Numbered from the stretch's first letter, positions 38,641 through 52,465 are shown. The stretch is 64,000 nt of DNA from Haplodiscus bocki (GCA_965655095.1 OZ296652.1:21204001-21268000), one strand, 5' to 3'. A program made the numbers and translations. The notes: generated from the sequence alone by a model not told the origin.

Positions 38641-39379
38641 ACTCATTCCCGAGCATAACCCGCTCTCCAAAAATGTTCCGACTAGTGAACAATCTCAACG
38701 GTCTGACCACTCCCATTGTGAGTATGACCTTGCGAACGTTTTCCTTTTCGCCTTCTGCCCCTCCTGTGTCTTCTTTCCGTCCCAAGCTCATCGAGACGCC
38801 TACACCTATTTCCCCTCAGCGATCCTTGCCGCCGGAGTTTTCGCCAACACTTTCGGCCCCTCTCTCCTCTCGAAATGTTTTCAACGCTTCCACTCTACTA
38901 GCCTCTTCTTCGTCCTCTTGTGGTAAATCGCCCCTCTCTAGAATTACTCCAGGTGAGAGCTCCTTTCCAACATCTAGCCGTCGAGGTATACATTTTAGCA
39001 AGCCTTCGCCGTCAACACCGCCTGGACAGTTCGGAGACGAAGCATCTTCCTTCCAAAGAACTTCACCGTCTTCCCCAAACTCCACATTAGAATCTGTGAT
39101 TGCAGGAGCCTCAAAGCACCTCCATGACCGTCTTCTTCGGGAACCTCGCCTACCATCAACACGAGAATTGCGCGCCACCACTGTGGCACAACGCAGAGCA
39201 CAGCAACTCTGCCAGGCCCGACTGCCCCTGAACGTTACTGCTTTTTTCGCCCCTCAGAAGTCCAAAAACCGCAATCGAACCAAGCACTTCTAATCCACAT
39301 TAATACCTTCTAAGCAGCCATTGCCAGTGCCAAGTGATCTTTGAGTATTTGGTTCTCTAGGACACTCAACACGCCAAAG

Positions 39380-41496
39380 ATGTCGACGAGCAACTTAGCG
39401 ATGGTTCTATTACTCTCTCTTATTATTTTTGTTTTATCCGATGTTCAATTTACCGCCCACTTGAGCAATGCATTGGACAAGCCGGTCTTCAAAAAAGGTG
39501 CAGCGTTTGTCTTCAAATACCAAGCTGTGACGCCAGAAAGTAAGAGTAAGTTTCGTGTGTTTTCCCTGTTTCCCAGGATACCAAACATCAACATGACAAA
39601 CGTGTATACAATTCTTGAGACCATTCAGACTCAATGAATGATTTGAATACAGTTAAACGCTGCCAGACAGAACTAGTGACACACCTGTACAAACATTTCT
39701 TCGACCAGCTCGAAGATAAACCTAATATGTTAGAAATAGAGATAGACGCCGCTCAAAATGATCAGGAGCAGTTAAAGCGGACTGCCGCTTGCTTCATACC
39801 GCCACCCATTGAACATCATGACCCTTCACGTAGCAAACGCGCAGTGGGTCTCTTTCCAGCGGCGGCTGGAGTCGCGGGGTTGGTGCTAGGAGCACCAGTC
39901 AAAGACGCTGTGTTTTCAGCGCTCTCCGTTTTCGGTCTTTGTACCAACAGCAAAGGATTGGGAAAGAAAGTTGATGCAATTATGGCAACGCAACAGCAAT
40001 TTTGCGAGGTCTTGCAACTAGTTCAAACAAAAATTGATGAAACTTTCTCCTTGGCAACGAAGTAGAAAAGACAAAAGAAAAGCGTCAAAAAAATAACAGA
40101 AGTTGTTGGTGACCAATTGAAGTTACTAGAAAAAGATTCACTGTAGATCAAAGGCATCATTTCACACCTGTTTGAGTGCAATATTCTTCTAACACAAAGC
40201 ATGATATTAATGCAACAGGTCCGAGATTACACTGATCACCTGGGAAGCTTGTACACACACACCGAATCCTACGGAGCCGTTCTTTACGCTCACAAATTTG
40301 CACTCTTCTCCACAATCTTGTCACTTGCAGCTGGTTACCTTACCCGTCAATTCCTACTCCCTTCGCAATTAGCCACGATATTAAGTGAGGTCTCCAGCGA
40401 CGAAATCTTCAGATGGTCCAAACTCTCTCCAGCCATCCCTGCAGTTCAAGAAGCCATTTATTATGAGATCCAAGTGGTTCCGGAAGTCTCCGTCCTTTCC
40501 TGGGGCATCTGTTTTGTCCTTGGGATTCCCATGAATTCAAAAAAGCCCTTTAGCGTTTTCCAGCCAACCCCTCTTTATTAGCCTAACGATCACGGTGATA
40601 CTGCTTCTATATATCACTTCCCCGATCCCCTTCTCGCTGTTTCCACTGACAATAAGCGTTTCGCCGAACTAGACGCACCCAGCCTTCAACAATGTTCGGG
40701 TAATAACCGTATCAAACTTTGCGGGGAGTGTTTTTCTACCACTACCGGCGAAATAATTCTTTGCTGACCTTTATTGTTTTACAATAACGATATTCCATCC
40801 CTGAGAAACTGGAAAGTGGAGTCTTTTCTGCCCGATGCACCTCAAGCATTTTATTTAGCCGGCGGAATGTATCATATTATATCACGAGATCCCATTATCC
40901 CGATGAAAGACGATAGTGTTGATGCAGGCTTTTCTATTTCCACATCATGTCAGGCCTGCCGTGTCCGCCCAAGTTGTAAAAGCAAACTTTGTTTCAATCA
41001 AGGGGACATAGAATTGGTTCCTGACATGAATTTCTGTAAAAACAACCCGGAACCGTTGCTCGCTACGAGGGAACTTAACCCGTACCTTGATCAGATTTTC
41101 AAGCAAGTCCTCAACGCCACACACAAATTTCAGACTTACTCTATTGCAGAAGCACGGCAGTCCGTTCTGAGCACCGTCCGTCTTGAATTGGCGGAACTCC
41201 CAAACGTCAAACGCGTGTCTCCTGAGACCCTTTCCGATTTGCCTCGCTCTTTTGCCCAGTATTACTCGTCCATCTCACCCGCCACGTCAGCAGCTCTTTC
41301 TTTGTACCTTCCCACGCGTACGGCAGTCCTTTTCTCTTTGGTTTCCTGCACATTATTTCTGCTCACCTTGTGCATTGGCTTCACGCTCTTCCGTCGACAA
41401 TGGAGACGTTTGTTTGCACGTCTACAACGTTTCTTCCGCGGAACCTCTTTGTCGTTTTCTGCACATTGTGTAAGACTCTCAACCTGCAGCTTCTGA
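39380..41496 (+). pseudogene. env: Env / class-I fusion (F-like) glycoprotein remnant, full span
   Basis: Signal peptide MVLLLSLIIFVLS. Furin site RSKR followed by fusion-peptide-like AVGLFPAAAGVAGLVLG. Heptad-like region and Cys-rich domain. C-terminal TM AVLFSLVSCTLFLLTLCIGFTLF followed by basic RRQWRR. Confidence 0.85.
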
Positions 41497-44400
41497 TACT
41501 TCTTTTCTGTACTTGTCAGTCACTGTGTTTATGGCTTTACATGCTCTTTCCAAAGCAGCCCTTCACCGTCCTTATTTCAACGTTCCACTCACTCCTACTG
41601 AACCCATTAACATTACTAACAACCCTACTATTAACCTCCCAGCCACTTCCGCTGTTTCCACCCCTGCCACTAACGTTCCACAACGTGTTTAACCCTTAGT
41701 TACCGCCCCAATCTACAGTGCACCATTCAACTAACTTCTCCAACCCATTTACTGTGTATCTTCCAATATAGCAATCACTCCTTCACTCAGCGTCCTAACT
41801 TCCAATCACGTTGAACAGAGATAGCGTTTCCGCGTCTCTTGTCAGCAGATAATCTCTGCTTCTACCTTTGGGATGTTTCCGTGCCTTGTTTCTTTTGAGT
41901 TGCTCAGTTCTGCAAACTCGTTTTCGTGCTATTTATAATAATCCTATGTTTCCGTAGGCCTCTTCTTGTGCACCCCCTTTTTTCTGTCGTTCCCCTTAAA
42001 TTCCGTTTTCTAATCAGTGTGATCGAGTGGTGATGTTTTGTTTTCTTTAGGTTCTACTTCAACTTTTTCGCCACCCCATCAGTCATTGCCTGTATTGAGC
42101 AGCTCAGGACGGATACATTCAGTTGCAGTCAACGACCATGTATTCTTGGTTAAAGATCCACAGTTCAGGGTCACAAAGTTCTTTCCTGAGGATGGTAGCG
42201 TTCGGCTCCGAAAATCAATTGCTTTGATCGCCCCCTTCGAGCGTTCCCTGCAGCAATTCTAGCTGCCACCCCCTACCCCCTGTGAGGCTTCGGTTACGGC
42301 CGATCTGCCTCCGGCCAACTGCTTTTGCCCCGAACCACACCTCAAATTCTGCCTGACATTTCGGAATTAGCTGTTGAGGTGGACTTGCCCCCAACGGGAT
42401 GCGATGGATCAGTGGCTTTCCCTGATGAAGGATTACTCCTCCGTTGACAATCTAATTAAGGTTGTTTCCGAGGCTCACAAGCAATTGGAACAGTCGCAGC
42501 TACAGCTTCTTACTACACAGCAATGAGAAGCTGCTCGGCAATCTCAAGTTGCGTCCCTGACTGCTGAAGTGGAACACCTCCGGTCCCGTCTCCAGGACCT
42601 TAATCACGCGCACAATGAACCTCTGAGCCACTCAATGGAACAACTCGAAAGGATTAGCTCGTTGCGAATCCAACTAACCGCTAAATCGTCCAACCGAGCC
42701 CATATTACGCCTTCTACGACAGTTACGTTCCACCCTCCCCACCGACTTCGACGATGATCTTACACCGGATGATACCTTATATCACTTCCTCTGCTGTGCG
42801 CCAGAAGCTGACATCTCCACTCTTTCTGGACGTGCTAACTTATTGCTAATATGTCTTCACCCGGACAAATGCGACGCCAGATGACCCTCTGGTTCAAGCT
42901 TCCGGCCGCCTGGTTACTTGCATCACACTGATCGAGCGAAACTTTCCACACCAGCCCTCCGTCAAGTCTACGATCCTTGCGGCCTGGATGGGCTGCGCGG
43001 TCTTGTACGAAACACTCTTCGCTGCCCGCGATGTACGCCTAGCGCACCCGATGGGTTTCCCACACAGCAAAGGCCCCTTGAGTATCCTCAATTGGAGCTG
43101 CCTTTCAGCTACGGCACATGAGCGCCCTCCCGCTTCTCTTGCCTTCGTACCGCCGGCTTCGCTTGTGTGGGATCTGTTCTCTTGATGCCGCCACCCCCTT
43201 TTTGCTTAGTCTGTGCCCTTCGCTGGGCTTGTCGTGTGCTGTCTTCATTTCTCAGGCAGCGTTTTGTTTTCAGCTTCCTGGGCTGTATGCGTCGCGGACA
43301 ATGCATATCTTTGGTGCCAGTTCAGTAGCTGCTGCTGGAAATACTCTCGATGGTGGTGTTTTCAAACGATGTCGGTCTCTAACTGTCATTCCTGGACTAC
43401 ATTTAGTACATCGCTCTGCCCGATTCCGCTGCAAAACAGTCGAGTTTCATCTTCAAGGACTTCTCCGTTTGTACAAAACATTTTACAATTTCAGATAGTC
43501 CTCTGCCATAACCAATAATAATTCGCGGACGCCCCACTCTTCTAATTTTAATAACCTTTTAACTCCACAAGAACTTGTTGATGAACTCTACTCTCCCTTG
43601 TGGAGTCTCTGCTATTATCTACTGTCAGTGGAAGGGCTCGCCACTCATCTATCGCCTTCTACGAGAGTCCTTTCTTACCATTCACGCCATCGCTCACTTG
43701 CTGTCACATGGCAAAGAAAAAAACCTTCACCTGCTCCGACAATACCGCTTTCTTGACTTAGACATCCGTATAGAGCTTAACATGTACTTCTTGCTTTCTA
43801 AATATAACCACGACCTGTAACAGTTGCGGAAAAGGAAGCCTCCCCTCAATAACAAGCGCCGCCGGTCACGCCTCCGACAACAACTACAACACTCACTACT
43901 ACAACAACTAGAACTACATAATCTCCATCAAGAACGGCACCTGCAGCATCAGATACATCGACTTTCATGACAACCCCCCTCCCCCAACCTGAACACCATC
44001 AACGCCCGCATGCACCGACAACATCTGCCACTCGCCTGCCGACACCTTCTTTCAGCCCCTTGACGCACCTTCTGTTGCCTTCTGGTTGCTCTTCATTAGA
44101 CTCCTTCAGTGGTGGTCTTCGAGGGGTTGCTCGTTGGCCAGCAGTTCCTGCTTTCTTCTCATTAAGAAGACGCTCTTCCAACACGGCGAGACTGATATGG
44201 CGATCGTCGCCGCTGTTAATAAGCAGTAAGAGCGAGGTGCCGCGCCGATATGACTGGACACAGCGAGGCGCCAATAAGATAAAGGCGATTCTATCAACAA
44301 CACAGGGGCTTGTCAGAAACTGAATTACCCTCAACTCGCCTTAAAACAGACTGTACGAAACAATAAACAATGTTGTAACCTAATAGACTTTACTTTTACT

Positions 44401-44881
44401 TTACTTTCATGTAATCTATCTTCTCAATACTCCCCCAAAAGTTTCCGTCTGTTTTTAATGTTCTTTATTTGTCATACTTTCTTAATTGCACTTTTATGCA
44501 GTTTCAATTATACGCAGCTTCTTTTTCTATCTATTAGACATTCAAAACATTTAATATTCGCTCTCCTTCTAGTAATCTTTGTATTTTAAACATTTACAGG
44601 AACCTGTCTTCCTTATAATTTTAAACTTGTTGAAACGTGTTTGTTGCTTTCTTATCTAACCTTTGCCCCTCATTGCTTGCCTCCTCGACCAGTTTTACTC
44701 AATCTGTCAACTTCTAAACGGCCCTACCGCACAAAAGCCCTTTTACCCAGCTCGAAAACAGCAGTACAAATTTCAGCTATGTAATTTTTTTCTACCCTGT
44801 ATTAAAGTAACGTTTTAAATTGATTTATTTCAAAACCTTTCTTTGATTTTTCTGATCTGGGCAGTTCCAGAAAGAGAAAAG

Positions 44882-45019
44882 TAAAATCAGAAACTTACTA
44901 AGACAACCGTCCACGCATCTGAGAGTATTCAATAACGGAAAAGGAAAACTCCTTTCTTCGATTTAACTTCACCAGTCACGGTTGTTAAATAGTTATTTCC
45001 ACATTCTAATTTTCCTTTC
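44882..45019 (+). repeat. Probable short 3' LTR (~138 bp); duplicated at ~31137-31274
   Basis: Follows the polypurine tract. Ends taaaa...tttca would form a TGAAA/TTTCA inverted pair if one G>A change is assumed. Boundaries are inferred. Confidence 0.55.
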
Positions 45020-45393
45020 AACGGTACTGTATGTGGCGCATCGAACAGATTCTTATTAAGTAAAAGACGTATCGATGATATCCGTTCGAGGCAAATGTGA
45101 ATAGTCAACAAAAGTCAAAAAGTGCTAGATCGCGTTGCAAATGAATGACATAGAAATGATTGCAAAAGTTACGAATCTTATTGATGGTTTTGCACCGGCT
45201 TTGAGTAGTCTCAGTTTAGGCAGCTGATGTTTGTTTTTTTAAGGCTGTGATTTCGTTTTTTGTCCCACGAATTCGGTGTTGAAAATTGTGCAACGATCAT
45301 TTGTATATCCTACTATTTAACAAAACTTCCATCGATGTGCCTCTACATAGATACCTGCTACCCTCGTACCGCGTAGGGCTCAATTATTGAAGC

Positions 45394-48300
45394 ATGCCTG
45401 TAACACAGTTTTCACAGGATGCAAAATCAATAGATTGCGGTGAACACAAACCTGTTGAAGCTACGAGCTGCAAAGGAGATGGGTCGAAACAAGATTCCTC
45501 TGCTGTTGAAGATGAAGTAAAAGAAGATGAAGAAGTCGAATCTTACACATTGTCAGAATTGGGTCAAATCTGGGACGAAGAGGAAGCATTGTTAGGAGGG
45601 TGCAGCAAGACGGAATGTTCTTACAAGTTGGGCGCCGTGACCAGACAGGCTCTGTATATTTGTATGACATGTTTCCAACATGGAAAGAAACGTGCTGGAA
45701 TTTGTTTTGCATGTGCAGGACAGTGTCATGATGGGCATGATCTGATTGAAATTTACACCAAGAGAAATTTCAGGTGCGACTGTGGTAATTCACTATTCCC
45801 CGGTGTTTGCAAACTGGAGCCATCAAAAGTAGTAATTAATCTTGGTTAGTAGTGATTCGCCTTTGAGGTTTGGTATTTTTAGATCTTAGATGGTGGCATT
45901 ATATTCAAACGTGCGGTGCAAATTCTTTTTGACGAAGTAGAGAATTCTAAAACTCTTAAATTAAATATTGAAATGGCTATATAAACTACTCATAGAATAA
46001 GTTTGAACTGGAAAATGTTTAGTGTGAAACAGTTTCCCTCAAGCGTGACCAAAAAAAGAACATTTTCTCAATGCTTTGGACGTGAACATAATTTAATTGT
46101 AGGTAACGTTTATGATCAAACATTCGAAGGGCTGTATTGTAAATGCAACCGCCAGTATCCGGATGAGAGTCCGGATGCTTGTAGCAGTGCAATGGTTCAA
46201 TGTATCGTTTGTGAGGATTGGTATCATTTGGAACACCTGGAGTGTGGACCCCAAGGGGTTCCTGACTCAGATGCGGACTTTGCTGAAGTCATTTGCGATC
46301 TTTGCATGTCAGGAAATGCGAAGATATTGGCTGGTTATCACAACACATTGGGTGCTTTCTCCCACAACGCTGAAGATTTGAAAGAAGAGGATGAATGCAA
46401 GGAGGGCAGGTAAGCCAGCGATGACCATTGATTACTAAGGATGAGACTTTTGGCGAATCCTGGTTTTTGCAGGATTCAAATTGACGGAGTCAAAATTTTT
46501 GACGGATTGAAATTGATTCATCTCTGTTTTATCTAAGCTGAACGGAGTTGAACCGTTTGAGCACATTTTTTTGTGGTCTCTGAATTAAGTATTGACGAAG
46601 AAACAATAAATTCAATATTTTTATGTCACCAGAGTGGAAATAGTCATAACAGTCGCAAAGCAAATTCGATTCCAAAAAATCAAATTCAGAATGTAAAGTG
46701 ATTCTCAATTATATGTTCACATTCATATCAATAAATGGGTTTCTCTTATCTACCAAAAGTTTGTTTCTTGTTTTCATTTTCTGATTATGGGCTCCTTTTT
46801 TAAAAGCGAGTCTCTTCAATAACGGAAAGATTTTCAAAACGGAAGTTTTTAATTTTGCGAGGTACTTATGTAGTCACTCAGTTGTATTGACGCTTTTTTA
46901 TACAACATTTTTCGACTTTGTACGATATGCACATAAAAATTTTGATGCGACATTTTTGAAATGTATATACTACAATATGCTACGGACCACCTTACATACC
47001 ACATACATACTACAGACCGCCTTTGAAACTTTCTAATCCTGTTTTCCCAGTTTGCAGAAGAAGGGAATAAGGCTGAAGGGGGACGCTAGGGACAAGCATG
47101 GAGCAGATCCAAACAATTCAATTTTTCTCTCAATACTCTGAATATACTGTTATTAAGGAACACTAGTAGTGAGAATGACCGGGTAAGTTGAAGTAGCTAA
47201 AAGTATTCAATAATAATGCGTAGTATCGAGACAATGGCGTGGCTGCGGTAACGCACGAAATTTTTGAAAAATATTCCATCTTGGGTTCCGCAGTTATGTG
47301 GAAAGTACTTGGTACTGGGAGTGACCGGCAAAGGTCGATTGTGCAAAAGTTCGTATCTGCCGTATCATCAGAGCAAGGGTGTGGCCATCAGTTGGCTGTG
47401 CGAGAGCAGCGAATTACAAAAATCTTGAAAACATTGAGAATAATCCACCTTGGCTGTACGGGCTTCTGAGCAAGGCTTAGTAGTCCAAGTGGCCAGCGAA
47501 CGTGAAAGTGCACAAAGTCTTCAATACTGATTGGCGCTAGTATCCCGGCATTGGCGTGGCTGTTCTCAACTTGTGGAAAGTCCAAGAATCTTGAGAATTT
47601 TCCAACTTGAGTGTTGAGATTACGGAGGTCGGGTTAAGTAGTGGGAATGGCGGGCGAACTTAAAATGGGGAAAAAGTTTCCAATTCTAATCCGGTGGGAG
47701 TATCTCTTCAAGAATCTTGCCATGGCTAACTTGTAGGAACGCACTGCAGGAAGTCAGAAGAATCTGAAAAATTTATTGAATTTTTAATTCATTCTGACTG
47801 AAAGGAATAATATGTATTGTAAAGTGGCTTATGCACAGTTTTTCATCCCGTCGAAAGCTTTGTGATGTCATCAGAAAGTCTAATCATTTAGTGTAAACGG
47901 TCCAAAAGGCCTTTTTGGAAACATTTTGGCGGGTACTTGTTCATTTTTCCGTTCAGAAAATTTTTTGAAGTTTGGTCTGAAAAATGAACAACAACCTCAA
48001 AGGTAATGTTTCAGATTATAATGTTTAGAATGAGACACTGTGGGAAGTGTCTTAAGGTGTCCCCGAGAAGTGGTACATGTAAAAAATTCAAGTTCTTAAA
48101 ATTCAAATGGTTTATTCTAGTAAACAAGACATTGGACTTCTTTCAAGTCGGCACATTTTCATTCAAGTTGGTCATCAAAATTGTTACGTGCGCTGAGTCT
48201 CAAATTGTGAAAATTTAGGTTCAGATCATGAAAGTTGTTTACTCTTAGTTGACCGAATTTATGCAACTTTCTTTTTGATGTTTCAATTGAGAATAACAAG

Positions 48301-49617
48301 TCCTCATGATTGATTGACAAGTGAAGTAAGAAGTTTTCGAAACAGTTTTGACTTCTTGTTGAGTATTATTAGCCTTTTTGAAAGCTATAACTTTTTTTAC
48401 ACGTAACGTGCTTCGGGACACGGAGTATATTTCATTTCTGTGTTGTTTACTGAATAAATCTTTTATACATTGGGCTACGAAATGGCTATTCTTGAAAGAC
48501 ATGATTGACATCAGATTTTGACTATTACACATTGTGACCGGTACTGGTCTCAATTGGACTTTTTGGAACAAACTTTTAATAGATGGTCTAGTATTTCTTA
48601 AAGTGTGGATCATATATCCGATCAAGGTTCAAATGTCTGTCAGGACCTATAATCTGACAATTTTATCTTTGATTTCAACTGATAAGTCAGAATGTGTTGC
48701 GAAGTTCCGCCTCGTCTCTGTGACCATTTTGGGTAAAAGGGTTAAAGTGCTAATGCTTAAGCACTGTAATTGGCCGGACATGTTTCAGTAGGTTAAGTTT
48801 TCAAGTTTAATGTGGAGTACTATTCGGGCAAGCGCCTACCCATTCGCAAGCTTTCTGACCTTTACTTTGATGAATTTATCCTTGAAAACGAAACTTTACG
48901 GGGAATGGACTGTAGTCCCTTCAAGCACCCCTCCCCCATACACAGAATTCCCTAAGTGACTATCCCAAACATTTTCTGAAGTCCTCTCCGTCTTGGGCGG
49001 CTGTGGTTTTCAAGATAGAATTGTTAAGTATTATTGATTTTGATCATTCCAAATTCTGTGACTGCGGCAGAAAAGACTAAACCTGTAAAAAAATGAATTC
49101 TTGAAAGCCGTTACAATTTTTTAGCAAATGCTGCAAACCAACAGAAATGGAAAGTTCCTCAAATGACAGTGTAGGCAAAAGCGAAGATAAAGTAGAAGCG
49201 AGTGAAGCTGTGGCTGCTACATTTTGGAAATTTAAATGGCGCAATCATATTTGCAAATGCAATAATTGTTTGAATGCCTATCAATTAAACGACATTCCTT
49301 TCATCGCAGACTGGGATGACTCGTTGTGTGAGTATGAGCGCAGAGGTCGAGAAGCGGCGCAGTCTGAAGAAGATCAGTTTGAGAAGAAAGTTGAGAAGAT
49401 GAGTCACTTTGAGAAGTTTGTAGTATCACAGACAATGGGGATGCTTCAGGAAGAACTCAAAACGTTTCTTTCATCCGATGGAATGAGCAACAGAAAATTA
49501 ATCACAGAGCAAGATATGCGCTTATTCACGGAAAAGTGGAAGAAAAAAGTTGAAAGTCAAAAAGAGGCTCTGTTGATGCATTTTCCACCTGCTAATTGCC
49601 ATGCGCCGAATTTTTGA
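45394..49617 (+). CDS. UBR7: E3 ubiquitin ligase UBR7 (UBR box + PHD-like finger). Exons 45394-45844, 46103-46409 and 49125-49617, ~416 aa.
   Basis: UBR box CSY..G...RQALY.C.TC...AGIC.AC...CH.GH.L.EIYTKRNFRCDCGN. PHD GLYC.C.R.YPD...MVQCIVCEDWYH..HL. C-terminal ATFW...WR..ICKC..C. Splice phases 1 and 2 are consistent. Confidence 0.96.
47790..48720 (+). mobile_element. Dispersed repeat family A, copy 2 (UBR7 intron 2)
   Basis: Same ordered motifs as 23960-24500 and 51600-52465. Confidence 0.75.
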
Positions 49618-51599
49618 AAATTAAATCCAAGATCTCTGCTAAAAATTGTTTCGTCAGGTCCCACAAAGGTCAACTGCCTAACTAGGTTGTTGCCATTGAT
49701 ATATTTTTTTGTTTTTTCTCAAGTTTGATTTAGTTTCAAATGTTAACCTGAGATGTACATTAGTGATGTGAATATTTGTGTTTCCTCAATCGTTTTCAAT
49801 TTCAAGACGTTTCTGCTGCTAGTATGTGCTATTGAAACTATTTCAAAGCAGCAATTTTTTTTAGGATTTTTGTAATTTATTGTTTTCAGACTTTTCTGTT
49901 GTTGAAATAAATGAAATCTGTCAAATTGTTTCCATGTTTCGAAAACCATACTTGTCAGATTTCCGAGTCTGAAATGAACAGAATCAGTAGGTCAGTCAGA
50001 TGATGCATCTCTAGTTTTATCTCAAGAAGAAGTCATCTTTTTGGTGCAAAGCGTTACGATGTCGAAGACAAAAGTGAAGAAGGAATGAATCTTTGCTGGC
50101 GAAAAATGTGATTTTGTGGAGAGATCCCGGATGTGAAATTTTGTTCAGGTCAGATTAGTTTGGGGTGATCGATAGCAGGGACGGATTTATATAATTTGCA
50201 AATAATGGGTGGCTTTCAAAATGAGCGGGGCTCAGCTAGAAAAATGCACAAAATTACCATAATCTTTTTCAATATTGTTGAAAATGGCTTGCATCCCTCT
50301 GAACCTCCACCTAAATATTCCTTGGGTCGAAAGATAGCGAAAGTCAACTATAGTCTTGAGCGGACTTTTGTTTGATGTTATTTTTTGACATCTTCCAAGT
50401 GAGAATCAAAACTTCCGACGCAATTGCTTCATGATATCAATAATTTGCGATGCTTTTGGAAGCCTATAAAGATGTCGCAGATCCGACCAACATTTTGGTA
50501 TGATTAGTGATCTTCAAGATTCCAACAAACTCTTTGTATGATCAGTGCTCTCGATAATGCGATCAGGATTTTGGTGTGGGCACTAAAGCTTCGAAGATCC
50601 TGAGCTTAATCGAATCTGTGATCAAGAATATGACAAGATAGATTATCTTGATGAACTGTTATAACTTAAATCTTCTAGAAGGTCCGCGAAAGATCCTGGC
50701 GACGTCAGTAATTAAGAAATACTTGGTCGGTATTTAATTTCAGCACGCTCACCAAAAGCTGAGCGCTACATGGTGTAGAGAATACGTGACCGAGTTTTCG
50801 AAAAGATCAATTATTGATTCAAATCGATCATTGAGAATGAAGCGGTACGAAATAGTTGAGTCTAGTTCATGAAACTTATTACATTGAGCTATTCATTGTT
50901 TATTGATCGCCTTTCCAGTTAAAAGTGAAAGATTTCTCCTCAACAAAAAATGGAAGCTTTGGGTCGCTAATTCAACTCAAAAGCACAATCAACATGTTTC
51001 ACTCTGGAAATAAGTTTTTTTCAAGTTTTGTTCACACAATGGGCTTCCTCGACTGAAGAGGTTTCCATTTGACTTTTTATTTGGGGAAACGTCTACTGCT
51101 TCTTTCCTCTACTGTTTGCAAGCAGTTATATCCTGTCGTTCTGATTCTCCATAACCTTGAATTCGCCGATTTTGCCCTAATAGCAAATCAAATCAATGAC
51201 GTTCAAGGCCGATGTCAACTCATCCGGATCTTGTTTAACTGTCTTACTCTTCGGCATGCCCCCAATTGTTTCGTCTTCTCTCTTTGTTGATGCTTTCACT
51301 TGACTTGGAAAAGCTTCGGGCTGAGCTGTCTTTCTCTCTGTTTGTTTGTCTATCTCCATGCGCAATAACTGCATTTCGACCCTACTGGACCCGTTTTAAC
51401 TCTGAGAATAATTTTGACTTGGTGCGAGATATATATTTATAACCAGAGACTCTCTGGTGCTCCAGAAAGGCCAATCGATTTCAACTTTTATTTGGGTGAA
51501 CTTGCTCGGAGAGAGCATTGGCGATTGAGCGGGAATAATCAAGTGAATGGTGGAAAAAATTGAACACTTCAAGCTTTTTAGGCATTAAGCTTCAGTTTA

Positions 51600-52465
51600 A
51601 AGCCTAAACATTTGTTTTTTCTTCTCATCTTTGCGCCTCGTAGCAAATCGGCTGTGACTGGCCGGATGAGCGATGAAAGAAAGCGAAATAATTTTGTTCT
51701 GCTCATTTACTTTCATTTTTTCTTTCGCTTCCAAGTTAGAACGAAAGTGGCTTTTTTCCGCTTTTTTCACCCATTCTGACTGAAAGGAAGAATGTGTATT
51801 GGAAACCGGCTTATGCATAGTTTTTTTATCCTGTCAAAAATTGCATTGTGTGACGTCATCTAGTTTACACGGTCAAAAAGGACCCTTCTTGAAACATCTT
51901 GGCAGGTATTTGTTTAATCTCGCGTTCTGAAAAATGCAAAATTGTTGAACATTGGTCTGAAAAAACAACAACGTTCTAAAAGGTAATGTTTCACATAACA
52001 ATATTTTGAATAAAAAAGTGGGAAATGCATTAAGTGCCCACAAAAAAATTCACATGTAGAAATTTTGAGTTCTCAAAACGGTTAATATTGGTAAACAAGA
52101 CGTCGGAAGTTTTATAAAAAAGTTTAAAGTTGCTTTGACATCTTGCTGACTAATATTGGCCATTTTGAAAGCTTGAAGTTTTCACATGTAACGTTTTTTA
52201 GTGCACTTAGTATTGTTCATTGTTTCGCGTTGTCTTCTGTGTAAGATTTCGCGGCAAAATGGCGATTCTAAAACATGATTGACATCAACTTTTCGAGTAT
52301 CAGATACTGTGGAAGGTTGAGTCGTTTTGACTTTTTTTAGTTTTCTCGAGTGTCAATCATGTATCTGATCATAGTTCAAATGTCTCTGAGGACCTTTGAT
52401 ATGTAAACTTTATCTTTGATCTCAATTGAGAATTCAGAATGTGTTGCTAAAATCCGCTTCGTCTC
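51600..52465 (+). mobile_element. Dispersed repeat family A, copy 3
   Basis: ctgactgaaaggaagaatgtgtattggaaaccggcttatgca ... gaatgtgttgctaaaatccgcttcgtctc. Confidence 0.75.

Larger units (their letters stand above)
32082..45019 (+). mobile_element. Decayed Ty3/Gypsy LTR retrotransposon with env and no 5' LTR: gag-PR-RT-RNaseH-Macro-IN-env-accessory region-PPT-3' LTR
   Basis: Domain order PR-RT-RH-IN; see the sub-features. PPT-like agaaagagaaaag at 44869-44881. Confidence 0.93.

Noticed and set aside
47050-47760. Nested gene in UBR7 intron 2
   Set aside because: Short interrupted frames with no recognisable motif; probably a TE fragment.
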